Assembly: GCA_964506125.1 (NCBI GenBank)
Contig: CAZDKV010000002.1
Span: forward strand, 10,924-74,923
Reading direction: 5' to 3'
DNA length: 64,000 nt
Source: an uncultured Candidatus Nanopelagicus sp.
GTDB taxonomy: Bacteria > Actinomycetota > Actinomycetes > Nanopelagicales > Nanopelagicaceae
Shown: one piece after another, positions 10,789-20,346 of the stretch
Position numbering within the stretch: the stretch's first letter is position 1
Layout: every line of letters starts with the position of its first letter
Program-made: the position numbers and the translations under genes
The notes under the pieces: generated by a model
What the model was told of the DNA's origin: nothing
Seen by the model: the letters and a program-made list of their open reading frames with translations, nothing else
The model's database searches: none

Positions 10789-11243
10789 TCAGATACTAAT
10801 CCTTTTAGCCTTACCAAGGTTCTAGCCATGGCTTTTGGAACCCATTTATATGAGTCATCTACCCACCATTTCCAAAGTGCATTACGTCCATCCCAACTTT
10901 CAATTACCAGGCAATTACTGGTAGATTTTTCTACAATCTCATATCGCCATACGTTACGCATTAAATGCTGCCAGGCAATAACTTTATTCTCTTGGTACTC
11001 AACAACTTGATTAGTAATAAAGTATGGAATTCCGTAACGCATTTTCATACCAAACTTTGCACCTAAAAATAAACGATTAGGTCCTTTTATTTTTCCTCTA
11101 AGCATGCCAGAGCCATCCATTAGTAGGTGGTTATCTGGATTAGATAAAAAATCGAAAATCTTATTTGCTGGAGCTGCTATTTCAATCTGGGCCTTATAAA
11201 AGAGCGGTATGCCCGTCTCTACTATCTCAGCTCTTTCTTTCAT
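10785..11243 (-). CDS. SRPBCC / polyketide cyclase family protein
   Basis: IAAPANKIFDFL, DGSGML, GAKFGMKM pattern. Confidence 0.75.
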   Translation of the reverse strand: MKERAEIVETGIPLFYKAQIEIAAPANKIFDFLSNPDNHLLMDGSGMLRGKIKGPNRLFLGAKFGMKMRYGIPYFITNQVVEYQENKVIAWQHLMRNVWRYEIVEKSTSNCLVIESWDGRNALWKWWVDDSYKWVPKAMARTLVRLKGLVSE

Positions 11244-11245
11244 TG

Positions 11246-11647
11246 TTAGTGCACTGAATTTGAAGGACGCTCATACTGCAGAACTAAACCAAGGATTGAA
11301 ATTATTAAAGATCCGACTGCAATTAGAACTAACCACCAGCCAATCAAAAGTCCGACACCGACAGCAGTTGCTGATAATGCTACTGGTAATGGCCACCATG
11401 AGTGTGGTGAGAAAAAACCAATTTCACCAGCTGAATCTGCAATCTCACCTTGCAAGTTGTCCTCTGGTAAAACATTTCCCAGTCGGCGAGCGGTGAACCA
11501 TAGATAAAAACCAACAATTAACGATAAACCACCACTCAACAAAATCGCAGTGATACCTACTGGCTCACCGCCAACCTGCCAGTAGATGATTGCCATTACA
11601 AAGTAAAAAACTGCCAAGCCAACAAACAAAACCCAGCTAGTCTTCAT
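11246..11647 (-). CDS. ctaF: Cytochrome c oxidase subunit IV
   Basis: PED...GFFSPHSWWP motif; follows ctaD. Confidence 0.93.
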   Translation of the reverse strand: MKTSWVLFVGLAVFYFVMAIIYWQVGGEPVGITAILLSGGLSLIVGFYLWFTARRLGNVLPEDNLQGEIADSAGEIGFFSPHSWWPLPVALSATAVGVGLLIGWWLVLIAVGSLIISILGLVLQYERPSNSVH

Positions 11648-13305
11648 TAATGTTTTTCCTTCTGCGCCATATGCGGATAATGAAGATCAAAAGCTGGTCT
11701 TTCACTTCGAATTCTTGGCATTGAGGTGAAGTTGTGTCGCGGTGGTGGACAAGAGGTTGCCCACTCCAAAGATGAGCCGTATCCCCATGGATCATCGGTA
11801 TTCACCATTGGCGATGTCCGTGATTGCCAGATATTTAGGAAGAATGGAATCATGGAGAGTGCCAATAGGCCAGAACCTACAGTGGAAACCATATTCATAA
11901 AGGTGAAGCCATCAGAGGCTAAATAATCTGCATAGCGACGAGGGAAACCTTTGATTCCAAGCCAGTGCTGAATTAGAAATGTTAGATGGAATCCAAAGAA
12001 TAAGGTCCAGAAGTGAATCTTGCCTAAGGTTTCATCCAGCATCCTTCCGGTGAATTTTGGCCACCAGAAATAAAATCCAGCAAACATCGCAAAGACCACA
12101 GTTCCAAATAACACATAATGGAAGTGGGCAACCACGAAGTAGGAGGCTGAGACTGCGAAATCAAGTGGTGGGCTTGCCAAAATAACACCAGTTAATCCAC
12201 CAAATAAGAATGTAATCAAGAAGCCAAGCACAAACAGCATTGGTGTTTCAAATGTGACAGATCCACGCCACATCGTTCCTATCCAGTTAAAGAACTTGAC
12301 TCCAGTTGGTACTGCAATCAAAAATGTCATAAAGGAGAAGAAGGGCAGGAGCACCTGTCCACTGGCATACATGTGGTGAGCCCATACCGCGACTGAAAGG
12401 GCTGCAATTGCAATTGTTGCCGCAATTAACCCTTTGTAACCAAAGATTGGTTTGCGACTAAATACTGGCAAAATCTCTGTTGCAATACCAAAAAATGGTA
12501 ACGCCAAGATGTACACCTCAGGGTGACCAAAAAACCAAAATAGGTGCTGCCACAACATTGCTCCGCCATTTGCTGGATCAAATATATGTGAACCAAATAA
12601 ACGATCTGATTCCAAGGCTAAGAAAGCTGCTGCCAGGGGTGGGAATGCAATCAATACCAAAATTGATGTTAGGAGAACATTCCAAGAAAAGATTGACATT
12701 CTAAACATCGTCATACCTGGTGCTCGCATAGTTAAAATTGTGGTTACAAAGTTAACGCCACCTAAAATAGTTCCTAAACCACCAATCGCTAATCCCATTA
12801 ACCAAAGATCTGCACCAATTCCTGGTGAGTATTGCGCATTTGATAGTGGTGCATATGCCGTCCAGCCAAATGATGCCGCTCCCCCAGGAGTGATAAATCC
12901 AATAAATGCCATGGTGCCACCGAACAGATAGAGCCAATAAGAGAGCATGTTTAATCTAGGGAAGGCCACATCCGCTGCGCCAATTTGTAGCGGCATAATG
13001 ACATTTGCGAAACCAACAAAGAGTGGAGTTGCAAACATCAACAACATGATGGTGCCGTGCATCGTAAATATTTGGTTGTACTGCTCATTGCTTAAAAATT
13101 GCATGCCAGGTCTTGCCAATTCACCGCGCAGTAGAAGTGCTAGTAAGCCACCAATTAAAAACCAAGCGAATGAGGTGATCAGGTAAAGGTAACCAATTGT
13201 CTTGTGATCGGTAGATGTCAACCACTTAACTAACAGCTTGCCCTTAGAGGTTGGCGCGGGAGCAGCAGGTGATGAAAGTACCGGACGTGGAGCGTATGTG
13301 GTCAT
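11647..13305 (-). CDS. ctaD: Cytochrome c oxidase subunit I (A1 type)
   Basis: [25 protein letters not shown] motifs. Confidence 0.98.
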   Translation of the reverse strand: MTTYAPRPVLSSPAAPAPTSKGKLLVKWLTSTDHKTIGYLYLITSFAWFLIGGLLALLLRGELARPGMQFLSNEQYNQIFTMHGTIMLLMFATPLFVGFANVIMPLQIGAADVAFPRLNMLSYWLYLFGGTMAFIGFITPGGAASFGWTAYAPLSNAQYSPGIGADLWLMGLAIGGLGTILGGVNFVTTILTMRAPGMTMFRMSIFSWNVLLTSILVLIAFPPLAAAFLALESDRLFGSHIFDPANGGAMLWQHLFWFFGHPEVYILALPFFGIATEILPVFSRKPIFGYKGLIAATIAIAALSVAVWAHHMYASGQVLLPFFSFMTFLIAVPTGVKFFNWIGTMWRGSVTFETPMLFVLGFLITFLFGGLTGVILASPPLDFAVSASYFVVAHFHYVLFGTVVFAMFAGFYFWWPKFTGRMLDETLGKIHFWTLFFGFHLTFLIQHWLGIKGFPRRYADYLASDGFTFMNMVSTVGSGLLALSMIPFFLNIWQSRTSPMVNTDDPWGYGSSLEWATSCPPPRHNFTSMPRIRSERPAFDLHYPHMAQKEKH

Positions 13306-14069
13306 GAGGTTACTGCTTTCTCTTCGGCTACTAAATCATCTAAATATTTTTGGTACTCACTGGCGGTCACAACCTTAACTGTGAACAACATCTGAGCGTG
13401 GTTTCGCCCGCATAAAATGTTGCACCTTCCAGGGTAGGTCCCTAACTTATTAGCGGTGAACTCCAATTGATTTGTCACGCCAGGCAAATTTTGCATTTGG
13501 ATCATAAAAGCTGGAATCCAAAAACCATGGACAACATCATTGGCATCTAAGGTAAAACGAACCCGCTCGCCCTGTGGCAGAACCAAGGTTGGTGGCTGCG
13601 CTGGAGTTCCGGTAATGGTTGCACTCTTGTACTCTCCAGCACTTCTATGTTTGAACTGCCAAGACCATTGGAAGCCGACTACATCAATAAAATGTGAGAT
13701 TTGGTCATCAGGTGAGATCTTTACAATTTTTGATTCGCGCTGAACTGTGAAATAGAAAAGAACTGCCACAATTATTAAGGGAATAACTGTGTAGGCAACC
13801 TCAACTGGAATGTTGTACTGAGTTTGCTTGGGAAAGTTTTCATCTTTCTTGCGATGAAAAAATACCGGCCACAAAATCAAGATCAAGGTAATGATTCCAA
13901 CTACACCAGCGGCGATCCAAGCGCCTTGCCAAAGTGAAAGTGATTGGTCATTTACGCTTGAGATACCCTCTTCAAAACCCAGTCCGGATACTTCAGATTG
14001 CGCACATCCGGCCAACAATGGGCTTAATGCCAACAATGGAATCAGGGATTTTCGGGCAGCCATACGCAT
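13302..14069 (-). CDS. ctaC: Cytochrome c oxidase subunit II (lipoprotein)
   Basis: Lipobox LLAGC, DVVHGFW, CuA motif [12 protein letters not shown]; likely start ATG 14069. Confidence 0.94.
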   Translation of the reverse strand: MRMAARKSLIPLLALSPLLAGCAQSEVSGLGFEEGISSVNDQSLSLWQGAWIAAGVVGIITLILILWPVFFHRKKDENFPKQTQYNIPVEVAYTVIPLIIVAVLFYFTVQRESKIVKISPDDQISHFIDVVGFQWSWQFKHRSAGEYKSATITGTPAQPPTLVLPQGERVRFTLDANDVVHGFWIPAFMIQMQNLPGVTNQLEFTANKLGTYPGRCNILCGRNHAQMLFTVKVVTASEYQKYLDDLVAEEKAVTS

Positions 14070-14125
14070 AGGGTTAAGGATAACCTTCTGCCCTAGCAAT
14101 CTCATACGCAGCTGGTTGGGGGTAG

Positions 14126-15184
14126 ATGGTGGTTCGCATCACAGCCGACTTTCAGCAGGAAAGAGTGCTTCATCCTGCGGCAATGGCCCAATTAAATCAA
14201 TCTTTTTCTAAGGGTTGGGCTGATCCAAATAAGTTAAATGCTAGTTCAAGAGAGGTTGCAATTTTGCTGCAACAGGTAAGAGAAAATTTTGCTTCTGTCC
14301 TAAAGGTTCGCCCCGATGAAATCGAATTCTTAGGTGAGAGTGATATTGGATTTCAGTTAGGAATTTCTGGGTTATTAAAATCTAATAGTAAATTGATTCA
14401 TTCCAGCATTGATCGACAAAGAATTTTTGCAGTTGCCGCTCATGAAGAAAATCATGGACGCAAGGTTGATTGCTTGTCAGTAGACAAGAATGGCGCAATC
14501 CTTCCATATGCAGCTCAAGAGAATGATGTTGTGGTTTGGCAGGTGGCAAATGGTGAGACCGGAAACCTACAGCCAAGTGCGCCCGCCTCTGGATTAGTTT
14601 TCGCAGATTGCACAGCAAGTGGGGTGGAGGCCTTGCCAAACTTTGATTACCAAACCGCCCTATTTGATAGCAGCTCCTGGCAAGGGCCAGCCGGGGTTGG
14701 CATTTTAGTTATTAAAGCCCCTGATAAATGGCGAAATCCCCTGCCCCATAATGATTTAACAAGAGTTCCAGGTACTTACTCAATCCCCTTAATTATTGCT
14801 AGCTCACTGGCACTAACTGCATACCTTGGCCAAGAGGAGATCAGACCAAAGTTGAAAAAGTACATAATTGAGTTTATTTCTTCGCAAATTTCTGAGGTCG
14901 ATATTGCCTCCAACTTAGATGGTTTATCTAAGTTTCTCTCCTTTTCAGTAAGCAAGGTAGAGGCGGATAGATTACTTTTGCAATTGGAATCCGCCGGCTT
15001 TGCCGTTGACTCAGGTTCAGCATGTAAGTCAGCTGATATGCAGCCAAGCCATGTTTTAGCAGCAATGAATCGCCCCATCACCGGCAACATTAGATTAACG
15101 CTTCACAAAGATATAACTGAGCAGATGGTTAAAGATTTTTGCCAAGCATTAAAAATATCTATTGAAACGCTTCGAAAAAACTAG
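14126..15184 (+). CDS. Class V aminotransferase / cysteine desulfurase homolog, divergent
   Basis: ANGETGNLQP, GPAGVGIL, SGSAC, PSHVLAAM; divergent from ctaC as in other actinobacteria. Confidence 0.8.
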   Translation: MVVRITADFQQERVLHPAAMAQLNQSFSKGWADPNKLNASSREVAILLQQVRENFASVLKVRPDEIEFLGESDIGFQLGISGLLKSNSKLIHSSIDRQRIFAVAAHEENHGRKVDCLSVDKNGAILPYAAQENDVVVWQVANGETGNLQPSAPASGLVFADCTASGVEALPNFDYQTALFDSSSWQGPAGVGILVIKAPDKWRNPLPHNDLTRVPGTYSIPLIIASSLALTAYLGQEEIRPKLKKYIIEFISSQISEVDIASNLDGLSKFLSFSVSKVEADRLLLQLESAGFAVDSGSACKSADMQPSHVLAAMNRPITGNIRLTLHKDITEQMVKDFCQALKISIETLRKN

Positions 15185-16170
15185 CCAACTAACCGAACAT
15201 TTAGATGTGGCTTGATTTCATCTGCTGCCGCCTTGCCATAAGCGCCCTCAAATCTGGTGAGAAACTCCTCTTTGGTAAAGCGGTACTCCTGCGTGCCAGT
15301 TGTTTCAATGCAATAGGTGGCGAGCATTGATCCTAACTGTCCACATCTTTCATGTCCTAAGCCCCAAGAAAGACCAGCAATAAATCCAGATCTAAAGTTA
15401 TCGCCAACACCAGTTGGATCTAACTTCTGCCTCTCTTTCGGTACCCCAACATAAATTGTCTCTTTGCCATGTTCTTCAATTTGAGCCCCCTTAGAGCCAA
15501 GGGTTACCACCCGAACTTGTACTCGATCAAATAATTGTCGATCGGTCCAGCCAGTTTTTTGAATTGCAAGTGCTAACTCATACTCATTTAGAAATAAGTA
15601 CTTTGCACCTTCAATTAATTGCGCAATCTCTTTGCCATCCATTCGCGCCATCTGTTGCGATGGATCTGCAGCCACCGGAATCTGCAAATTTCGAGCCATA
15701 TCTGAGTAGCGCATCATCGCCTCAGGGTCATCGGGTGAGATAACTAGTAAATCAAATTTGCCACTCTTTTCTATGATTGGTGATAACTCAATATTTCTTG
15801 CCTCACTCATTGCGCCAGGAAAAAAGGAGGCAATCTGATTTAACTCTGTATCGGTGGTAACCATAAATGTCGCGGTGTGTAATTTTTCTGAGACTAGAAC
15901 ATGTGAGGTATCCACACCATGTCGCTTAAGCCATGCTTCGTAATCAACCCAATCTCTACCAACTGCAGCTATCAATATTGGATTTAAACCTAAGGCACCC
16001 ATTCCAAATGCGATATTGGCACCACAGCCACCGCGCCTAATCTCTAAGGTATCAACCAAAAATGAGAGTGAGACTTTAGCCAAGGATCCAGCAACCAATG
16101 AGTCGGTAAATTTGCCACCAAAGCTCATGATGTGGTCGCCACCGACTGAGCCGGCGACCGCCACCTTCAT
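15181..16170 (-). CDS. adoK: PfkB carbohydrate kinase, adenosine kinase-like
   Basis: SLSFLVD, RRGGCGAN, DPSQQ, DPTGVGD. Confidence 0.85.
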   Translation of the reverse strand: MKVAVAGSVGGDHIMSFGGKFTDSLVAGSLAKVSLSFLVDTLEIRRGGCGANIAFGMGALGLNPILIAAVGRDWVDYEAWLKRHGVDTSHVLVSEKLHTATFMVTTDTELNQIASFFPGAMSEARNIELSPIIEKSGKFDLLVISPDDPEAMMRYSDMARNLQIPVAADPSQQMARMDGKEIAQLIEGAKYLFLNEYELALAIQKTGWTDRQLFDRVQVRVVTLGSKGAQIEEHGKETIYVGVPKERQKLDPTGVGDNFRSGFIAGLSWGLGHERCGQLGSMLATYCIETTGTQEYRFTKEEFLTRFEGAYGKAAADEIKPHLNVRLVG

Positions 16171-16189
16171 AATTTTTAAATAACTTTAA

Positions 16190-16552
16190 TTAGTTAAATG
16201 AGTCGCCGCAGGCGCATGAGCCTTGGGCATTTGGATTATCAATTGTGAAGCCTTGTTTTTCAATTGTGTCAACAAAATCAATTGTGGCACCCATCAAATA
16301 TGGCGTACTCATTTTGTCAGTTACAACCTTTACTTTTTCGGCACCAAACTCAGTAACAGTGTCACCATCCAGGCTTCGATCATCAAAGTAAAGTTGGTAA
16401 CGAAGACCAGAGCAGCCACCTGGTTGGACTGCAACACGAAGACTTAAATCATCTCGACCCTCTTGCTTTAGCAAGGAAGCAACCTTTTGGGCTGCAACAT
16501 CAGATAATGCAATGCTTGTACTTGTAGTTGTTGTCTCTGTGCTCATACTCAC
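16190..16552 (-). CDS. erpA: A-type Fe-S carrier (HesB/IscA/ErpA)
   Basis: PGGCSG and CACGDSF. Confidence 0.93.
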   Translation of the reverse strand: MSMSTETTTTSTSIALSDVAAQKVASLLKQEGRDDLSLRVAVQPGGCSGLRYQLYFDDRSLDGDTVTEFGAEKVKVVTDKMSTPYLMGATIDFVDTIEKQGFTIDNPNAQGSCACGDSFN

Positions 16553-16643
16553 TTAGTCTCCAATATTGAACTTAGGCTCATAGGCTACTAGTTCCTGGCA
16601 GATATTTCCTCATCAAAACCTGTGAGCGTTTACACTTGCTCAT

Positions 16644-17786
16644 ATGGGAATAAGTGATCTTCTACTGCTTGGCAGTGGTGCAGATCTAGGTAGCGAGCGC
16701 GGCGTCTCCTGCGAGGGTGAACTGCCTGCTGCAAGTGATCCGCAATTGGTTGCCCGTGCAGTAGCAGCCCGGCAGCAGCTTGGTGATAAGGCCATGGTTT
16801 TGGGACATCACTATCAAAGAGATGAAGTAATTGCATTTGCCGATATTCGAGGTGACTCATTTAAGTTAGCTCAAGCAGCTGCTGATAATAGTAAGGCTGA
16901 GTTTATTTTTTTCTGTGGTGTTCACTTCATGGCCGAAAGTGCTGACATATTAACTACTGCAAACCAAAAGGTAATTTTGCCTGATCTGGCCGCTGGTTGT
17001 TCAATGGCAGATATGGCAACGGCATCCCAGGTCGCCGATTGTTGGCAGGTGTTGGAGAAAATTGGTGTCGCAAAAGTTACTACGCCAATTACCTATATGA
17101 ACTCCTCTGCAGCTATCAAGGCATTTACCGGAAAAAATCATGGCGCAGTTTGTACCTCATCAAATGCCGCACGAGCAATGAAGTGGGCATTTGAAAAGGG
17201 TGAGAAGATTTTGTTTTTACCCGATCAACATCTAGGCCGAAACACCGCAATTGCCTCACTGGGCTTATCTCTATCAGATTGTGTGGTTTATAACCCATGG
17301 AAGCCAAATGGTGGTTTAACTGAGGATCAGATAAAGAGTGCCAAGGTAATTTTATGGCGGGGACATTGCTCAGTTCATGGCAGATTTACCTTACAAAACA
17401 TAGTTGAGGTTAGGCAAAAGCTTGCTGGGGTGAAGGTATTGGTTCATCCAGAGTGCCAACATGATGTTGTTTCCAATGCTGATGTTGTTGGTAGCACAGA
17501 AATGATTATCAAAACTGTCACCCAATCACCTGCCGGCTCTAAATGGGCAATTGGAACTGAGCTAAATCTGGTCCAGCGGTTAGCAAATGAGAATCCCGAT
17601 AAACAGATAGTTTTCTTAGATAAAACTGTGTGCTATTGCTCGACAATGAATCGAATTGATCTGCCGCATCTTGTCTGGGCGATGGAGTCCTTGGTAAATG
17701 GCCGCTTGGTTAACCAGATAAAGGTTAAAGAGGATGTGGCAAAGTATGCAAAAGTTGCATTAGATCAAATGTTAGCCCTACCTTAA
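16644..17786 (+). CDS. nadA: Quinolinate synthase
   Basis: GHHYQ, CGVHFMAE, AGCSMA, CSVH, HPEC. Confidence 0.97.
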   Translation: MGISDLLLLGSGADLGSERGVSCEGELPAASDPQLVARAVAARQQLGDKAMVLGHHYQRDEVIAFADIRGDSFKLAQAAADNSKAEFIFFCGVHFMAESADILTTANQKVILPDLAAGCSMADMATASQVADCWQVLEKIGVAKVTTPITYMNSSAAIKAFTGKNHGAVCTSSNAARAMKWAFEKGEKILFLPDQHLGRNTAIASLGLSLSDCVVYNPWKPNGGLTEDQIKSAKVILWRGHCSVHGRFTLQNIVEVRQKLAGVKVLVHPECQHDVVSNADVVGSTEMIIKTVTQSPAGSKWAIGTELNLVQRLANENPDKQIVFLDKTVCYCSTMNRIDLPHLVWAMESLVNGRLVNQIKVKEDVAKYAKVALDQMLALP

Positions 17787-17790
17787 TCTC

Positions 17791-18321
17791 ATGGCAGAAA
17801 AAAAAGGTAAGCCCACTCCTAAGCGCAAAGAGGCTGAGGCAAAGTTAAAGGTTTCATCTCTTTCACCGGGTGCTAGTAAAGAGGCAAAACGAGCACTTAA
17901 AGAGCAGGCAAGAAAACGTCGTATGGAGGCAAGAGCTGCCTATATGCGAGGTGAAGAATCTGCACTGCCACTTAGAGATCGTGGTGCGGCTAGAAGATTT
18001 GTAAGAAATTACATTGATGAGCGTAAATCTGTTACCGAGTACTTCCTGATTATCATTATGGTGGTTTTATTTCTCACCGTAATTCCCATCCCAGCAGTTC
18101 AACTTGCAGCTGTTGCGGTGATGTACTCATCGATGATCTTTATAACATTAGATGGCATATTTTTATCTCGTCGAATTAAAAGAATTGTTAGAGAGAAATT
18201 TCCAGATGAACCGACTCGAGGAATTGGCCTCTACGGTTGGATGAGAGCAACCCAATTGCGCAGATTACGCGCCCCTGCCCCTCAGGTAGGACCGGTTAAG
18301 AAAAATAATAAGAAAAAGTAA
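17791..18321 (+). CDS. DUF3043 family membrane protein
   Basis: KGKPTPKRKEAE, RDRGAARRFVRNYID, QLRRLRAP. Confidence 0.88.
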   Translation: MAEKKGKPTPKRKEAEAKLKVSSLSPGASKEAKRALKEQARKRRMEARAAYMRGEESALPLRDRGAARRFVRNYIDERKSVTEYFLIIIMVVLFLTVIPIPAVQLAAVAVMYSSMIFITLDGIFLSRRIKRIVREKFPDEPTRGIGLYGWMRATQLRRLRAPAPQVGPVKKNNKKK

Positions 18322-18324
18322 GTT

Positions 18325-19326
18325 CTAGGCCCTTGGTTTTGGGCTAATAGTCTTGGCTGGATCAGTTGTAATCACATCTTTTAATACAGCATCAATCTCA
18401 CTCATAATTGATTGCTCAAGCTTTACCCCAGATGCCTTCACATTCTCTTTGATTTGAGAGGGTTTAGTTGCGCCAATAATGGCACTGGAGACATTTGGAT
18501 TTTGTAGCACCCAAGCGATTGCAAGCTGGGCAAGTGTTAAATCAACCTTTGCTGCAATTGGAGCTAGCTTTTGCACCGCTTTTAATATTGGCTCCTTCAT
18601 AAATCCAGAGATCATATTTGCGCCACCTTTTTTATCAGTTGCGCGTGAACCAGCCGGGGCTTTCTTTCCTGGCAGGTACTTACCGGTTAACACTCCTTGG
18701 GCTATAGGTGACCAAACAATCTGACCAATCCCCTCTTTTTCAGAAAGTGGCACTACCTGGGATTCAATAACTCGCCACAACATTGAGTACTGAGGTTGGC
18801 TAGAGATAAAACGGTAGTAACCCTTTTGATCTTGAATCTTTAGCGCGGCCGCTATTTGTTCGGCATTCCACTCTGAAAAACCTATATACAAAACTTTTCC
18901 GCTTCTTATCAAATCATCAAAGGCACCCAACGTCTCCTCAAGTGGTGTTTCATAATCAAATCGATGGGCTTGATATAGATCCACGTAATCGGTTTTCAAT
19001 CGCTTTAATGATGCATTGCATGATTCCATGATGTGCTTACGAGAAAGGCCACGATCATTTTTACCAGTACCAGTTGGCCAATAAACCTTGGTGAACAGTT
19101 CATATGATTGACGTCTAACACCTTTTAATGCTTTGCCCATTACCGATTCAGCACGTGTGCCAGCATAAACATCAGCAGTATCTAAGGTTGTAATTCCAAG
19201 ATCTAATGCAGCTCGCACACATTTAATAGCAGCCTGCTCCTCAACTTGGGAGCCATGGGTAATCCAGTTTCCGTAAGTAATCTCTGAGACATACATACCA
19301 GTACTGCCCAGGCGGCGATATTCCAT
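18325..19326 (-). CDS. Aldo/keto reductase
   Basis: DTADVY, DLYQAHRFD, WSPIAQGVLTGKY. Confidence 0.93.
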   Translation of the reverse strand: MEYRRLGSTGMYVSEITYGNWITHGSQVEEQAAIKCVRAALDLGITTLDTADVYAGTRAESVMGKALKGVRRQSYELFTKVYWPTGTGKNDRGLSRKHIMESCNASLKRLKTDYVDLYQAHRFDYETPLEETLGAFDDLIRSGKVLYIGFSEWNAEQIAAALKIQDQKGYYRFISSQPQYSMLWRVIESQVVPLSEKEGIGQIVWSPIAQGVLTGKYLPGKKAPAGSRATDKKGGANMISGFMKEPILKAVQKLAPIAAKVDLTLAQLAIAWVLQNPNVSSAIIGATKPSQIKENVKASGVKLEQSIMSEIDAVLKDVITTDPAKTISPKPRA

Positions 19327-19433
19327 CTACCAACCATAACCGCATCGACTTATCTAGGCAATGGGCGTGGTGAGTTGCTTTACTTCGCCAGTATCAGCAA
19401 AATCCGCCTACAACTTAATATTGAAAGTTTACG

Positions 19434-19558
19434 AGTGTGACTGGGGGAAGTCGGTGAGAATCCGACGCTGTCCCGCAACCGTGAGAAAGAATTTCCTTTC
19501 AAGTCGGATTACCCAACACATTTGATTTTTTAACCACCCGTCGAGGATTGCGGGGCGG
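19434..19558 (+). ncRNA. Cobalamin riboswitch, compact (class II-like)
   Basis: GGGAA-GTCGG-TGAGAAT-CCGAC-GCTGTCCCGCAACCGTGA ... AAGTCGGATTACCC; downstream P13 hairpin CCCG-TCGAGGATTG-CGGG whose loop can kiss L5 (TGTCCC). Confidence 0.9.
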
Positions 19559-19559
19559 G

Positions 19560-19583
19560 AAATCTCATCTAGATGGGTTTTTT
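19560..19583 (+). terminator. Riboswitch expression-platform terminator-like hairpin
   Basis: AAATCTCATC-TA-GATGGGTTT followed by a T run. Confidence 0.55.
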
Positions 19584-19619
19584 CGCTTACGTGAAACTCT
19601 CTAATTTGAGAGGCACCAC

Positions 19620-20147
19620 ATGTTTAGTAATTTATTTGTAAAAATAAAGAAATTCATCCCTGGAGTTATTGCTGCCGCTGTAATTGTTGGCGGAGTAATT
19701 TTCTACTCAGCCCAAACCACCGATAGCTGCGTAAATGTCGTGATCGATTATGGCGTATTAGATTCACAAGCAAAGCCCTTTGAAAAGTGTTTGGATGTAG
19801 AAGGTCAAACAACTGCATTAGAGCTTATGACAAATGCAAACTTTAAGATCGAGGGCACAGATAAATATGGCACCGCGGTTGTTTGCCGATTAAATAACCT
19901 GCCAAAACCAAATGAGCCAATTGGAATCAAGGGTCATGAGGATTACATTGAAAGTTGCAAAGATATGCCGGCTGAGTTTGCTTATTGGGCAGTTTTAGAA
20001 AAACGCAAACCCGCTCTGCCAAATCCAGCTGACCTAAATACCAAGTGGGCATGGGCTCAGGTGGGTGTGGCGGATCTGGCGTTAAATCCAGGTGATTCAG
20101 TTGCCTTTGTCTTTGCCGATAATGGTAATGTTAAGTTTCCGGAGTAG
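19620..20147 (+). CDS. Membrane-anchored Cys-rich protein (SCO2322/DUF4430-like), candidate corrinoid-binding protein
   Basis: N-terminal TM helix; CVNVVIDYG, VVCRLNNLP, ESC..MP..AYW pattern; directly downstream of the B12 riboswitch; RBS GAGAGG. Confidence 0.7.
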   Translation: MFSNLFVKIKKFIPGVIAAAVIVGGVIFYSAQTTDSCVNVVIDYGVLDSQAKPFEKCLDVEGQTTALELMTNANFKIEGTDKYGTAVVCRLNNLPKPNEPIGIKGHEDYIESCKDMPAEFAYWAVLEKRKPALPNPADLNTKWAWAQVGVADLALNPGDSVAFVFADNGNVKFPE

Positions 20148-20155
20148 GGGTCCAA

Positions 20156-20317
20156 ATGTTATCTAGCTATAAAGCACCAGCCATTGTCACAGTAAAGAGA
20201 TCAACTGTTGGCAAATCCCTGCTTGCAAAAGTATTAGGACTAGCAATTCACCTTGGCATTCTTTATGTAGGCACCAATATCGCTGAGTACGCCTGGCGAT
20301 TTTGGGGTGGTCACTAA
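20156..20317 (+). CDS. Small single-TM membrane peptide (53 aa), not in ORF track
   Basis: MLSSYKAPAIVTVKRSTVGKSLLAKVLGLAIHLGILYVGTNIAEYAWRFWGGH; starts 8 nt after the upstream stop, preceded by AGGGG; fills the intergenic gap. Confidence 0.65.
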   Translation: MLSSYKAPAIVTVKRSTVGKSLLAKVLGLAIHLGILYVGTNIAEYAWRFWGGH

Positions 20318-20346
20318 AAATCTACTTTAAGAAATCTGGCTTGGCC

